Assembly: GCA_902583785.1 (NCBI GenBank)
Contig: CACHXE010000001.1
Span: 1,774-65,773 of the forward strand
Direction: 5' to 3'
Source: an uncultured Pelagibacteraceae bacterium
Lineage (GTDB): Bacteria > Pseudomonadota > Alphaproteobacteria > Pelagibacterales > Pelagibacteraceae
Length of the DNA stretch: 64,000 nucleotides
Position numbers and translations under genes: made by a program. Below are positions 1-8,828 of this stretch, one piece after another. Numbering within the stretch: the stretch's first letter is position 1; each line of letters begins with the position of its first letter. Below the pieces are notes generated by a model. That model did not search any database and had not been told where the DNA came from. It saw nothing but the letters and a program-made list of their open reading frames with translations.

Positions 1-379
1 CCATGTCTCTTATTGTTATAACTGGAAAATTTAATCCATAAGGTTCACTTGTTTTATTGTTTATTTCTTTAGGACCCCATGAACCCATACATCCACCGAT
101 AACATTTGCACAAATTACAAAATATTTATTTGTGTCAATAGCTTTACCAGGCCCCACAGCAGTTGCCCACCAACCTTCTTTTTTTGTAATAGGGTTTACT
201 TCGCTCACAAATTGATCACCTGTAAGGGCGTGAAAAACTAAAATAGCGTTATCTTTTGAGTCATTTAATTTTCCATAAGTCTCATATGCCAATGGAAAAT
301 CCTTAATGGTTTGCTTGCAGTCAAGCAAAAGAGGTTTTGACACATTAAATTTTTTAATATTTTTTATTTTTTCATTCAT
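1..379 (-). CDS. metX: homoserine O-acetyltransferase, N-terminal ~126 codons (gene runs off the left edge)
   Basis: Absent from the ORF track because the window edge truncates it. Hand translation of the reverse strand from the ATG at 379 gives MNEKIKNIKKFNVSKPLLLDCKQTIKDFPLAYETYGKLNDSKDNAILVFHALTGDQFV..KEGWWATAVGPGKAIDTNKYFVICANVIGGCMGSWGP. This matches the conserved MetX N-terminus (HALTGD, GWW, GPGKAIDT, GGC.GS.GP). Confidence 0.8.
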   Translation of the reverse strand, partial: MNEKIKNIKKFNVSKPLLLDCKQTIKDFPLAYETYGKLNDSKDNAILVFHALTGDQFVSEVNPITKKEGWWATAVGPGKAIDTNKYFVICANVIGGCMGSWGPKEINNKTSEPYGLNFPVITIRDM

Positions 380-381
380 AC

Positions 382-406
382 AAAAAAAAGCCCAGCTAGA
401 CTGGGC
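382..406 (-). terminator. intrinsic terminator/attenuator hairpin in the metX leader
   Basis: On the minus strand, GCCCAG-UCUAG-CUGGGC is followed by U8 and ends 2 nt before the metX ATG. A terminator between a structured leader and a start codon is the usual layout of a riboswitch expression platform. Confidence 0.5.
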
Positions 407-410
407 AAAA

Positions 411-466
411 AACCCTGTTTAGCTGCATTTACTTAGCGCTCGCAATTCGGTTAAATCAGCGCTAAC
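411..466 (-). promoter_or_regulatory. candidate SAM-responsive riboswitch aptamer (SAM-II/SAM-V-like pseudoknot) upstream of metX
   Basis: Minus-strand RNA reads UUAGCGCU-GAUUUAACCGAAUUGCG-AGCGCUAA-GUAAAUGCAGCUAAACAGGG. It has an 8-bp GC-rich stem that is unusual in this AT-rich DNA. Loop AUUUA is complementary to the 3' tail UAAAU, so a pseudoknot is possible. The class assignment comes from context (metX) and memory, not from a covariance-model search. Confidence 0.4.
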
Positions 467-565
467 AAATGTATACTAAATCGCCATAAACATGTCAATT
501 TATCCAAATAAATTTATTACATTATACAAATGAAGTCTCTTTTAATATAAAACATCTAAAATATT

Positions 566-1648
566 ATGAAATTACCTAAACCAAGAAAAATTATTGCAGA
601 AAAGTATGTAGCTGGACTAAGTCTGTTTAAAAGTAGAAGAAGTCCAATTAAACTTTCTGCAAATGAATCTGCTCTAGGTCCGAGCCCAAAGGCAGTAAAA
701 TCCTACAGCTCAATCGGAAAAAGTTTTGTAAGATACCCCGATTCTGACGGTACATATTTTAGAAAAGTTTTAGCAAAAAAATTCAAGTTAAAAAGAGATA
801 GAATTATTTTAGGATCTGGTTCTGATCAAATTTTTGAATTAGTATGTAAACTTTTTATAAACAAAGGTGACGAAGTTATTGTACCTGAGTACAGTTTCAT
901 AATTTATAGGATTTACAGTAGAATGTTTGGTGCTAAAGTGAGATATGCAAAAGAAGAAAATTTTGCTCCTTCTATTAACTCAATTATGAATTGTGTCTCT
1001 AAAAAAACGAAAATTGTTTTTCTAGCAAATCCAAATAATCCTACTGGAACTTACTTAAATAAAAGTGAAGTTTTAAAATTAAGAAAAAAACTTAGAAGCG
1101 ATATTTTACTTGTAATAGATGATGCATACTTCGAGTACATTAATGATCCAGATTATGCATCTGGCATAGATTTATTTTCCAAATCAGAAAATGTTATAAT
1201 TACAAGAACATTTTCGAAAATTTATGGTTTAGCAGGATTACGGATTGGCTGGGGATATGGACCAAAAAAAATTATTAAAAAGTTATATGAAATTAAGCCA
1301 CCGTTCAATGTAAGTAGACCAGCACTTTTTGCTGCAACACAGGCTGTATTGGATACAAAATGGCTTAACAAAGCTATCGAACATAACAATTACTGGGCTG
1401 AAAAAATATTCAATGTGATTGATGAAATTGGAATTGCTACAAATAGAACTAATGTAAATTTTTTTTTATTAAATTTCGATTTTGTAAATCAAACTGCTTC
1501 TAAAGTATTTAACAAGTTAGCAAATTCTGGAATTTTAGTAAGACAAATGGATGTTTATGGTATTAAAAATTCATTAAGGGTTACAATAGGAAATAGCAAG
1601 GAAAATAAAAAATTTATTTCTGTTTTAAGGAAAATATTTAATGTTTAA
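566..1648 (+). CDS. hisC: histidinol-phosphate aminotransferase
   Basis: 360-aa ORF. Class I/II aminotransferase blocks are present: LSANESALGPSP, NPNNPTG and FSKIYGLAGLRIGW (PLP-lysine region). tyrA follows, as in many Alphaproteobacteria. Confidence 0.85.
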   Translation: MKLPKPRKIIAEKYVAGLSLFKSRRSPIKLSANESALGPSPKAVKSYSSIGKSFVRYPDSDGTYFRKVLAKKFKLKRDRIILGSGSDQIFELVCKLFINKGDEVIVPEYSFIIYRIYSRMFGAKVRYAKEENFAPSINSIMNCVSKKTKIVFLANPNNPTGTYLNKSEVLKLRKKLRSDILLVIDDAYFEYINDPDYASGIDLFSKSENVIITRTFSKIYGLAGLRIGWGYGPKKIIKKLYEIKPPFNVSRPALFAATQAVLDTKWLNKAIEHNNYWAEKIFNVIDEIGIATNRTNVNFFLLNFDFVNQTASKVFNKLANSGILVRQMDVYGIKNSLRVTIGNSKENKKFISVLRKIFNV

Positions 1649-2540
1649 TCAAGTTACTATAATAGGTTGTGGGTTAATTGGATCTTCAATTTTTAAAAGA
1701 TTAAAAAAAGCTGGATCAATAAAAAAATTAATAACCTACGATAAAGACGAAACGGTCACAGAAGTAATAAAAAAAGATAAACTCTCAGATGAAATATTTG
1801 ATAAGCCAAGCGAGGCAGTAAAAAATTCTGATTTAATTGTTATAGCGACACCAATAAGTAGTCTCGAAAGTGTATTGAGCTCTATTAAAGGTAATTTGAA
1901 AAATGGTTCTATTTTGACAGATACTTGTTCAGTAAAAAAAAGAGTGAGTAAAATTTTTAAAAATGTGAATTTAAAAAGCTCTATTTGTATTCCTGGTCAT
2001 CCTGTTGCTGGAACAGAAAATAGTGGACCAAAGTCTGGTAATACTGATTTATTTCAAAATAGATGGACTATACTCACACCGGATGAAAATATAAATGAGC
2101 AGGACATAAAAAAAGTCTCTAAATTTTGGGAGTCGATGGGTAGTAAAGTTAAAATAATGACTGCCGAAAACCATGATAAAATATTATCTTTCACTAGTCA
2201 TTTACCTCATGCAATAGCATATAATATTGTGCAAACATCTATGGCTAATGATGACAAAACAAAAGATGAGATTATAAGATATAGTGCTGGGGGGCTGAGA
2301 GATTTTACTAGAATTGCTGCTTCAGACCCTATTATGTGGAGAGATATCTTCATAGATAACAGCAGTTTAATAATTGAAGGTATAGATAAATTTATAAAAA
2401 ATTTGGATGAATTTAAAAAAGCTATTGCAGAAAAAGATAGCAAAAAGCTTTTAGAAATTTTTAAAAAATCAAAGGAGTTCAGAAAATCAATTGTAGAAGC
2501 TGGGCAAGATACAGACAAACCTGACTTTGGTAGAAAATAA
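1641..2540 (+). CDS. tyrA: prephenate/arogenate dehydrogenase
   Basis: 299 aa, overlapping the hisC stop by 8 nt. It has the Rossmann motif IIGCGLIGSS and the conserved blocks GHPVAGTE, SHLPHAIAY and ASDPIMWRDIF. Confidence 0.8.
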   Translation: MFNQVTIIGCGLIGSSIFKRLKKAGSIKKLITYDKDETVTEVIKKDKLSDEIFDKPSEAVKNSDLIVIATPISSLESVLSSIKGNLKNGSILTDTCSVKKRVSKIFKNVNLKSSICIPGHPVAGTENSGPKSGNTDLFQNRWTILTPDENINEQDIKKVSKFWESMGSKVKIMTAENHDKILSFTSHLPHAIAYNIVQTSMANDDKTKDEIIRYSAGGLRDFTRIAASDPIMWRDIFIDNSSLIIEGIDKFIKNLDEFKKAIAEKDSKKLLEIFKKSKEFRKSIVEAGQDTDKPDFGRK

Positions 2541-2541
2541 A

Positions 2542-3249
2542 TCAATCTAATAAATCAATTTCCCTGTAAATAACACTCTGTAATTTATTTAAAAAATCTT
2601 CTTTTTTAAGACCCGGTTCGATTGGATTAAGAAATGATATTGTTATTCTTCCAGGAAATTTATTAAAACTATTTTTAGGCCAAACCTTTCCAGTATTTAA
2701 AGCTACAGGTACACAAGGTAATTTTAAGGTGTCATAAATTCTTGCTACCCCTTTCTTAAAGGCTGGTCTTTCTTTGTATGCCACTCTTGTGCCTTGAGGA
2801 AAAATTAATAATGGTCTTTCGCTCATATTTATCTTAGCAAGTATTTTATCAAAAAAATTTAAGTTTTCTTTAGTAGCAGTATCTCTTACAATTGATATTG
2901 CACCAATTTTTTTTAAGCACCAACCAAAAAAAGGTATATTAATTAACTCTTTTTTTAGAATAAAAACAGGACCTGAGACTACAGTTTGTAGAGCAAATGT
3001 TTCGAACATAGATTGATGAGCAGAAGCAACAAAATATTTTTCGTATTTTCTCAGATTCTCTGTTCCTTTAAAATCAACTTTAACATCAATAAAAATCTTT
3101 AATAGAAACACAATATACTTGGAAAGAATTTTTCCAGCACAAATCATGTGTTTATCTTTAAGAAATAAAAGAGGAAAAGCTATTATACAGGCAGCAGCTA
3201 TACCACCAAACAATAAAAAATTAAAAAATAATGATCTTAAAAATATCAT
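2542..3249 (-). CDS. plsC: 1-acyl-sn-glycerol-3-phosphate acyltransferase
   Basis: 235 aa with an N-terminal TM helix. Acyltransferase blocks AHQSMFETF (H-x4-D/E) and FPQGTR are present. Confidence 0.8.
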   Translation of the reverse strand: MIFLRSLFFNFLLFGGIAAACIIAFPLLFLKDKHMICAGKILSKYIVFLLKIFIDVKVDFKGTENLRKYEKYFVASAHQSMFETFALQTVVSGPVFILKKELINIPFFGWCLKKIGAISIVRDTATKENLNFFDKILAKINMSERPLLIFPQGTRVAYKERPAFKKGVARIYDTLKLPCVPVALNTGKVWPKNSFNKFPGRITISFLNPIEPGLKKEDFLNKLQSVIYREIDLLD

Positions 3250-3252
3250 TTT

Positions 3253-4473
3253 TTAAATAATTTCAGTAATTTTCTGTCTTTTTCGAATAATTTTAATTTT
3301 GCCTTTTTTTACAATAACTTCTGAGGCCAAAGGTCTCGTATTGTAATTTGATGAAAGAGTAGAGCCGTAAGCACCAACATTTGTTATTGCTATATAATCA
3401 CCCTCTTTTACGTAAGGAAAATTTTTATATTTTAAAAAAGTATCAGTACTTTCACAAATTGGTCCCACGAATTCAATTTTACCACTAATTCTTTTTTTAG
3501 ATTTAAAAACCGAAACAATCTCATGTATTGCATTATACAAAGCTGGTCTCATAAAATCATTCATACCAGCATTTAATATAACAAAATATTTATTCCCGTT
3601 TTTTTTAATAAATACAATTTTTGAAATTAATGCACCTGTATTGCCAACAATATATCTTCCTGGTTCAAATATAATTTTACAATTAGTTTCTTTTTGAAAT
3701 TTTTCTACTAAATAAGAATATTTTTTAATATCAATTTTTTTATCTTTATTTTTATATTGAATACCAAATCCACCACCAAGATCTACATAATCGAAATTTA
3801 TTTGGCTTAATCGAATAATTTTTCTGATCGCATTCAGGGTTCTTTTATAGGGCGCAACAGATGTAATTTGACTTCCAATATGAACACTAATAGCACTAAT
3901 TTTAATATTTTTTAGATTTTTAGAACTTTTACAAAATTTTAAAAAGTTTTTGCTTGGTAAACCAAATTTACTATCTAGTTTTCCAGTTGAAATTTTAGAA
4001 AGGGTATTCGCATCAACATTTGGATTCAATCTTATTCCAATTTGGGTCACCCTATTCATTTTTCTAGATATTTTATTTATCAATAATGCCTCGCTTTCAG
4101 ACTCAACATTAATTAATAAAACTTTTTTTCGAATCGCTAATTTTAATTCATTGTCAGTTTTTCCAACTCCTGAAAAAACAATTTTTTTTGGACTAATTCT
4201 GGCTTTTAAAGCTTTTAGTAATTCACCTTCCGAAACAACATCAGCACCGGAGCCTAGTTTACCTAACTCTGCTAAAATAGAAACATTCGAGTTAGATTTT
4301 ACAGAAAAACATACTAGAGGGCTTACTTTTTTAAAATAATTATAAAAAGTTTCAAAATTATTTTTTATTTTTTTGTAAGAATATACGTAAAAAGGAGTAA
4401 TATTTTTCTTTGCAATACCTTTGATAGATGTATTGTCAATAAACAGGTTTTGTCCTTTGTAATTCAGGCTCAT
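3253..4473 (-). CDS. lysA: diaminopimelate decarboxylase
   Basis: 406 aa, Orn/DAP/Arg decarboxylase family. Motifs include FSVKSN (PLP-Lys), DLGGGFG, EPGR and CESTD. Confidence 0.9.
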   Translation of the reverse strand: MSLNYKGQNLFIDNTSIKGIAKKNITPFYVYSYKKIKNNFETFYNYFKKVSPLVCFSVKSNSNVSILAELGKLGSGADVVSEGELLKALKARISPKKIVFSGVGKTDNELKLAIRKKVLLINVESESEALLINKISRKMNRVTQIGIRLNPNVDANTLSKISTGKLDSKFGLPSKNFLKFCKSSKNLKNIKISAISVHIGSQITSVAPYKRTLNAIRKIIRLSQINFDYVDLGGGFGIQYKNKDKKIDIKKYSYLVEKFQKETNCKIIFEPGRYIVGNTGALISKIVFIKKNGNKYFVILNAGMNDFMRPALYNAIHEIVSVFKSKKRISGKIEFVGPICESTDTFLKYKNFPYVKEGDYIAITNVGAYGSTLSSNYNTRPLASEVIVKKGKIKIIRKRQKITEII

Positions 4474-4477
4474 AAAT

Positions 4478-4594
4478 TTATGAAATTATAATAATATTTT
4501 CTTTCAAATCTCCAGATTTATACTCTGGCTCAGATTTTTTTCCGCAACTCGACAAAAATAAAGCAATAAAAATTACGAGAAAAATCTTGCTCAC
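4478..4594 (-). CDS. small lipoprotein (LptM/YifL-like), 38 aa, below the ORF-track size cut-off
   Basis: Hand translation gives (GTG)MSKIFLVIFIALFLSSCGKKSEPEYKSGDLKENIIIIS*. It has a signal peptide and an LSSC lipobox. The GTG overlaps the argH stop (GTGA), and the stop lies 4 nt before the lysA ATG. A tiny lipoprotein between argH and lysA, or next to dapF, is a recurring proteobacterial arrangement. Confidence 0.55.
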   Translation of the reverse strand: MSKIFLVIFIALFLSSCGKKSEPEYKSGDLKENIIIIS

Positions 4595-5979
4595 TTAGTC
4601 TCTCTTCTATATTTTCTAATCATATTTTTAATATTTTTAGTAGCTGTACCACCATATGATGTTTTAGAGTTCATAGAGCTAAAGACATCAAATATTTGGA
4701 CATTATCAATATTAACTTTTTTTAAAAATTTATTTATTTCTTTTAGGGAAAGCTCATCTAATCTTACTTTCTTTTTTTCAGCATAGTTTACTAGTTTAGA
4801 TGATGTTGCGTAAGCTTCTCTAAAAGGGAAATTTTTCTTCTTTACCAAATAATCTGCAAAATCAGTTGCAGTTGTGTATCCCTTCTGAGCCATTTGTTTC
4901 ATATTTATTTTATTTGTATTAAGATTAAAAATAAGTTCGTTTGCCATTAACAATGTATCTTTTAAAGTATCATAACTATCAAATACAAGTGCTTTATCAT
5001 CTTGTAAGTCTTTATAATAAGAAATTGGTAAGCCTTTCATAATTGTTAACATCGAGTTTAATTTTCCATAGTTAATTGCAGTTTTACCTCTAATTAATTC
5101 AGCCGGATCAGGATTTTTCTTTTGAGGCATAATGGATGACCCAGTAAGAACTCTATCGCTAAATTTTAAAAAATTGAAAGCTTCTGAGTTAAATATAATA
5201 AGATCCTCTGCTAATCTTGACATATGCATTGCACATGTAGCAGCAGCTGATAAAAAATCTATTGCAAAATCTCTATCACAAACTGCATCAATAGAATTAC
5301 CAGTAGGTTTTTTAAATCCAAGTTTTTTAGCAGTAAATTGTCTATCTATTTTGTAAGATGTGCCAGCTAACGCAGCAGAACCTAAAGGGCATTCATCTAT
5401 TAACTCTATATTATTTAAAAATCTTTTTTTATCTCTATTGAGCATTTCAACATAGGCTAATAAATAATGTGCAAAAGAAATTGGTTGTGCATTTTTTAAA
5501 TGAGTAAAACCAGGCATAACTGTATTTATATTTTCTTCAGATTTTTTCAAAATAGATTTAATTAATGAATTCAAAATATCATTAATATCCATTGATGCTT
5601 TTTTAACCCAGATTTTAAAATCTGTTACTACTTGGTCATTTCTTGATCTTGCAGTATGAAGATAACCTGCGGATTGACCAATAATTTCAAATAGTCTTTT
5701 TTCTATATTTTGATGAATATCCTCAAATTTTTCTTTGAATTTAAATTTATTTTTTTCAATTTCTTTTTCAATTTTTTTAAGACCTTTTATAATTTTAACT
5801 CCATCTTTTTTTGGAATAATTCTCTGTTTAACAAGCATTTGTGCATGAATTATCGATGCAAAAATATCTTCTTTATACAATCTTTTATCAATATTGATTG
5901 ACGACCCAATTCTCTGAAAATTTCTAGAATTTCCTTTACTAAATCTATTAGACCAAACCGTCTTATTTTTATTTCTCAT
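4591..5979 (-). CDS. argH: argininosuccinate lyase
   Basis: 462 aa with the fumarate-lyase signature GSSIMPQKKNPD and the TARSRNDQV block. Confidence 0.92.
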   Translation of the reverse strand: MRNKNKTVWSNRFSKGNSRNFQRIGSSINIDKRLYKEDIFASIIHAQMLVKQRIIPKKDGVKIIKGLKKIEKEIEKNKFKFKEKFEDIHQNIEKRLFEIIGQSAGYLHTARSRNDQVVTDFKIWVKKASMDINDILNSLIKSILKKSEENINTVMPGFTHLKNAQPISFAHYLLAYVEMLNRDKKRFLNNIELIDECPLGSAALAGTSYKIDRQFTAKKLGFKKPTGNSIDAVCDRDFAIDFLSAAATCAMHMSRLAEDLIIFNSEAFNFLKFSDRVLTGSSIMPQKKNPDPAELIRGKTAINYGKLNSMLTIMKGLPISYYKDLQDDKALVFDSYDTLKDTLLMANELIFNLNTNKINMKQMAQKGYTTATDFADYLVKKKNFPFREAYATSSKLVNYAEKKKVRLDELSLKEINKFLKKVNIDNVQIFDVFSSMNSKTSYGGTATKNIKNMIRKYRRETK

Positions 5980-6003
5980 TTTATATGTTAAACCCTTTTA
6001 TAT

Positions 6004-6531
6004 ATGAATATTTCAAGGTTTTTTTTATTCCAATTAGTTTTTTTTACTTTTTTTAAGTTCAATTTTTTATATGCAGTCGAACCTTTACCATTCAATAATA
6101 TAGTTCTTCACAAAAATCCATTACAAGTTTCCCAAGTAAAATTTAAGGATTTTGACTCAAAAGATATTGTACTGAATAAAAATGATGGCAAGATTAAGAT
6201 CCTAAACTTTTGGGCAACATGGTGTGCTCCATGTAAAGCTGAAATGCCATCACTTGATAAATTTGCCAAAAAAAATCCAAATTTTATGATTTTTCCAATT
6301 AATTTAGAAAAGGTAAATCAAAAGAAAACGAAGAAATTTTATGATGATTTAAATATTAAAAATTTGAAGATTTTTTTTGATCCAGAATTTGAACTAACAA
6401 AGCAGTTTAAGTTAAGAGGAGTTCCAACAACTATTCTTATAAATCAAAAAGGAGAAGAGTTTGCAAGGATATTAGGTGACATTGATTTTAATGACAAAAT
6501 TTTTATTAAATGGTTAAATAGTTTTAAATAA
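6004..6531 (+). CDS. TlpA-like periplasmic thiol:disulfide oxidoreductase
   Basis: 175 aa with an N-terminal hydrophobic anchor and a thioredoxin fold carrying the WATWCAPC active site. Confidence 0.75.
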   Translation: MNISRFFLFQLVFFTFFKFNFLYAVEPLPFNNIVLHKNPLQVSQVKFKDFDSKDIVLNKNDGKIKILNFWATWCAPCKAEMPSLDKFAKKNPNFMIFPINLEKVNQKKTKKFYDDLNIKNLKIFFDPEFELTKQFKLRGVPTTILINQKGEEFARILGDIDFNDKIFIKWLNSFK

Positions 6532-6536
6532 TATTT

Positions 6537-7193
6537 ATGAGTTATAGTTTAAATTCTGTAATAATTAAACCAAGTTCGAAATCTTCTCCAAAAAACGTAG
6601 TTATACTTTGTCATGGCTACGGTGGAGACGGAAAGGATATATCTATACTTGCGAATTACTGGAAAACTTTTTTGCCTGACACATTATTTATATGTCCTGA
6701 TGCACCAGAAATTTGTAAAGTTAATCCAGATGGTTTTCAATGGTTTGACCTCATGGACCAAACAGGAGAAGAGACTCTATCTAAATCTTTAATTGCTGAA
6801 AATAAACTAGATAATTTTATTAATGAAGTTATTAGTGAAAATAAACTTAATTTTAAAGATGTTGCTCTTGTAGGGTTTAGCCAAGGCTGCATGATATCCA
6901 TGCAGACTGCATTAAAAAAAAAAGATCAAATTAAATGTTTAATTGGTTACTCAGGTAAGATTTTAAATATTAAACATTTAAATCAAAACATCAATTCCAA
7001 ACCAGAAATTTTTTTAATGCATGGGGATAAAGACCAAATTGTGCCAATAAATTTTTTACTTGAAGCTAAAGAATTCTTTAATAAAAATGATTATAAAATC
7101 CAAACAAAAATCTTTAAAAATTGTGAACACAGGATTCCCACAGAGGGATCTAGTATTGGTTTAGAATTCTTAAAAAAAAATCTATATAAATAA
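6537..7193 (+). CDS. phospholipase/carboxylesterase-family alpha/beta hydrolase
   Basis: 218 aa with the GFSQGC nucleophile elbow and the HGDKDQIVP block. Confidence 0.7.
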   Translation: MSYSLNSVIIKPSSKSSPKNVVILCHGYGGDGKDISILANYWKTFLPDTLFICPDAPEICKVNPDGFQWFDLMDQTGEETLSKSLIAENKLDNFINEVISENKLNFKDVALVGFSQGCMISMQTALKKKDQIKCLIGYSGKILNIKHLNQNINSKPEIFLMHGDKDQIVPINFLLEAKEFFNKNDYKIQTKIFKNCEHRIPTEGSSIGLEFLKKNLYK

Positions 7194-7255
7194 AATGTTT
7201 AGATGCAACAAAATAATAACTTGATAAATATTTTTCTTTAAGTTAGCATTAAAAC

Positions 7256-7825
7256 ATGATCATAGCTTCTAGCGAACGAGTTCCTTTAGAAAAATGTCCA
7301 GCACTTGTGTTGAACGCTGACTTTAGACCTCTAAGTTATTATCCTTTATCTTTATGGTGTTGGCAGGATGCGATTAAATCTGTTTTTTTAAATAGGGTAA
7401 GTATTATTTCAACGTATGAAAGAAAAGTTAGAAGTCCTTCATTTGAAATGAGTTTGCCGAGCGTAATTGCACTGAAAAATTTTGTAAAACCATCAAGTCA
7501 TCCAAATTTTACAAGGTTTAATGTTTTTTTAAGAGATAAATTTGCTTGTCAATATTGCGGAGACAAAAATGACTTAACCTTCGATCATTTGCTACCAAAA
7601 TCTAAAGGTGGCCTAACTGATTGGGAAAACGTGGTAACAGCTTGTTCAACTTGCAATGTAAAAAAGGGAGGTAAACTTTATAGTAAATGCGAACTTAGAC
7701 TCAAAAGAAAACCTTTTGTTCCAACAGTAGATGATTTGCATAAAAATGGTAGAAATTTCCCTCCAAATTTTTTGCATGAAAGCTGGATGGATTATTTATA
7801 CTGGGATATTGAACTCGAACCTTAA
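7256..7825 (+). CDS. HNH endonuclease-domain protein
   Basis: 189 aa with CQYCG..FDHLLPKSKGG..N..TACSTCN, an HNH / Cys4 zinc motif. Confidence 0.75.
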   Translation: MIIASSERVPLEKCPALVLNADFRPLSYYPLSLWCWQDAIKSVFLNRVSIISTYERKVRSPSFEMSLPSVIALKNFVKPSSHPNFTRFNVFLRDKFACQYCGDKNDLTFDHLLPKSKGGLTDWENVVTACSTCNVKKGGKLYSKCELRLKRKPFVPTVDDLHKNGRNFPPNFLHESWMDYLYWDIELEP

Positions 7826-8359
7826 TTAAATCTTTTCAGAAACTTTTATTGCAGCTTTAGAAGAAGTTTGTATTATTTTGTCCAATATAGAATAAAGACC
7901 TTCTTTAGTAGCTCCTTTATCATAGGCTATATTTTTATGGTCATCTTCATCTTCTCTAAATTTTTTAATAGATTTTTTTAAATCTTTCTCATCCTCGCCA
8001 AGCTTATCCAGTTGATTTTTGTAGTGATCGCATATGACTTCTTCAACTGATGCAGTACAAAGCATTGCAGCTTTTTCACCTAACATAGTTGTTCCAAATC
8101 CAAGCGTTACTCCCAGAAGGTCCCAAATAGGAAGAAAAATTGTAGGTTTAATATTTCTATCTTTTATAGCCTTATCAAAATATTCGAAATGCTCTTTTTC
8201 ATGCTCTTTCATTTCTTCAATTAATTTTTTTAACTTTTCATTCTTTTTAAAAGTATTAAGAGCAAGCAACTGCCCTTCATAAATTTTGATAGCTCCACGC
8301 TCTCCAGCATGATCGACTCTAATAATTTCTTCCAAAGTTTTCTTATTTGTCGTTTTCAT
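7826..8359 (-). CDS. coq7: demethoxyubiquinone hydroxylase (Coq7 family)
   Basis: 177 aa with DHAGERGA at the N-terminus and two E..H di-iron carboxylate repeats (EHEKEH, EDEDDH). Confidence 0.8.
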   Translation of the reverse strand: MKTTNKKTLEEIIRVDHAGERGAIKIYEGQLLALNTFKKNEKLKKLIEEMKEHEKEHFEYFDKAIKDRNIKPTIFLPIWDLLGVTLGFGTTMLGEKAAMLCTASVEEVICDHYKNQLDKLGEDEKDLKKSIKKFREDEDDHKNIAYDKGATKEGLYSILDKIIQTSSKAAIKVSEKI

Positions 8360-8828
8360 ATTTTTTAAAAATTAGAAAGAATATATACGATAAAACCAAT
8401 GAAAAAATGGTATTAATTGAAGCAAGGGATAGTCCTAATAACCGAAAAGTAACTTTCTTACAACTTATTGTGTTTTGCTTTAATTGTTTTAAAAGATCCT
8501 CTTTTGATAAAATTTGATTTAATTTTTTTGTTTCACAAACTACAGACTCATCGAAAAATCCCTGTTCAATTCCAAAATGGTAAAATGCAATAATTGCACC
8601 TAATAAAGATACTATACTTAAAACAATAAGATGAATTTTAATATTTTTTTTTAATACAAAAATACTCGTTAATAATAAAACTGAAATAAAATAAGGATAC
8701 CTCTGATATATACATAGTTTACAAGGCTCATGACCAAGACCATACTCAATTATAAAAGCTGAAACTAAAGATAGAATAATTAGGAAAAATACTATTATTA
8801 AAATTGAGTTGTATTTTTTATCCATCAT
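8343..8828 (-). CDS. dsbB: disulfide bond formation protein DsbB family
   Basis: Four-TM protein with CKLCIYQRYPY (CxxC followed by QR). I place the start at the ATG at 8828, which forms an ATGA overlap with the stop of the upstream gene. The track's 22 extra N-terminal residues lie inside that gene. Confidence 0.7.
   Translation of the reverse strand: MMDKKYNSILIIVFFLIILSLVSAFIIEYGLGHEPCKLCIYQRYPYFISVLLLTSIFVLKKNIKIHLIVLSIVSLLGAIIAFYHFGIEQGFFDESVVCETKKLNQILSKEDLLKQLKQNTISCKKVTFRLLGLSLASINTIFSLVLSYIFFLIFKKYENDK

Noticed and set aside
500-508. DnaA-box-like TTATCCAAA upstream of hisC.
   Set aside because: It is a single copy with one mismatch to TTATCCACA, with no cluster and no adjacent replication genes.
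2207-2545. Antisense or shadow ORFs in the six-frame track. They are 2207-2545, 3950-4339, 5132-5356, 5710-5901, 8034-8282, 9174-9395, 9878-10096, 12100-12468, 12116-12409, 17118-17309, 18602-18889, 22398-22700, 22523-22918, 27553-27843, 31048-31383, 31483-31683, 31551-31733, 31907-32110 and 33086-33310. The list continues with 34209-34664, 35873-36172, 36120-36512, 41116-41343, 43093-43356, 43829-44206, 43851-44075, 45030-45221, 45450-45719, 46137-46709, 47010-47240, 48434-48622, 52173-52370, 53841-54038, 54938-55231, 55886-56227, 57023-57376 and 61768-62013.
   Set aside because: Each lies wholly inside, and mostly opposite to, a long ORF with clear family motifs. Their translations are low-complexity (F/L/S/I-rich) with no recognisable motifs, as expected for chance open frames in AT-rich DNA.
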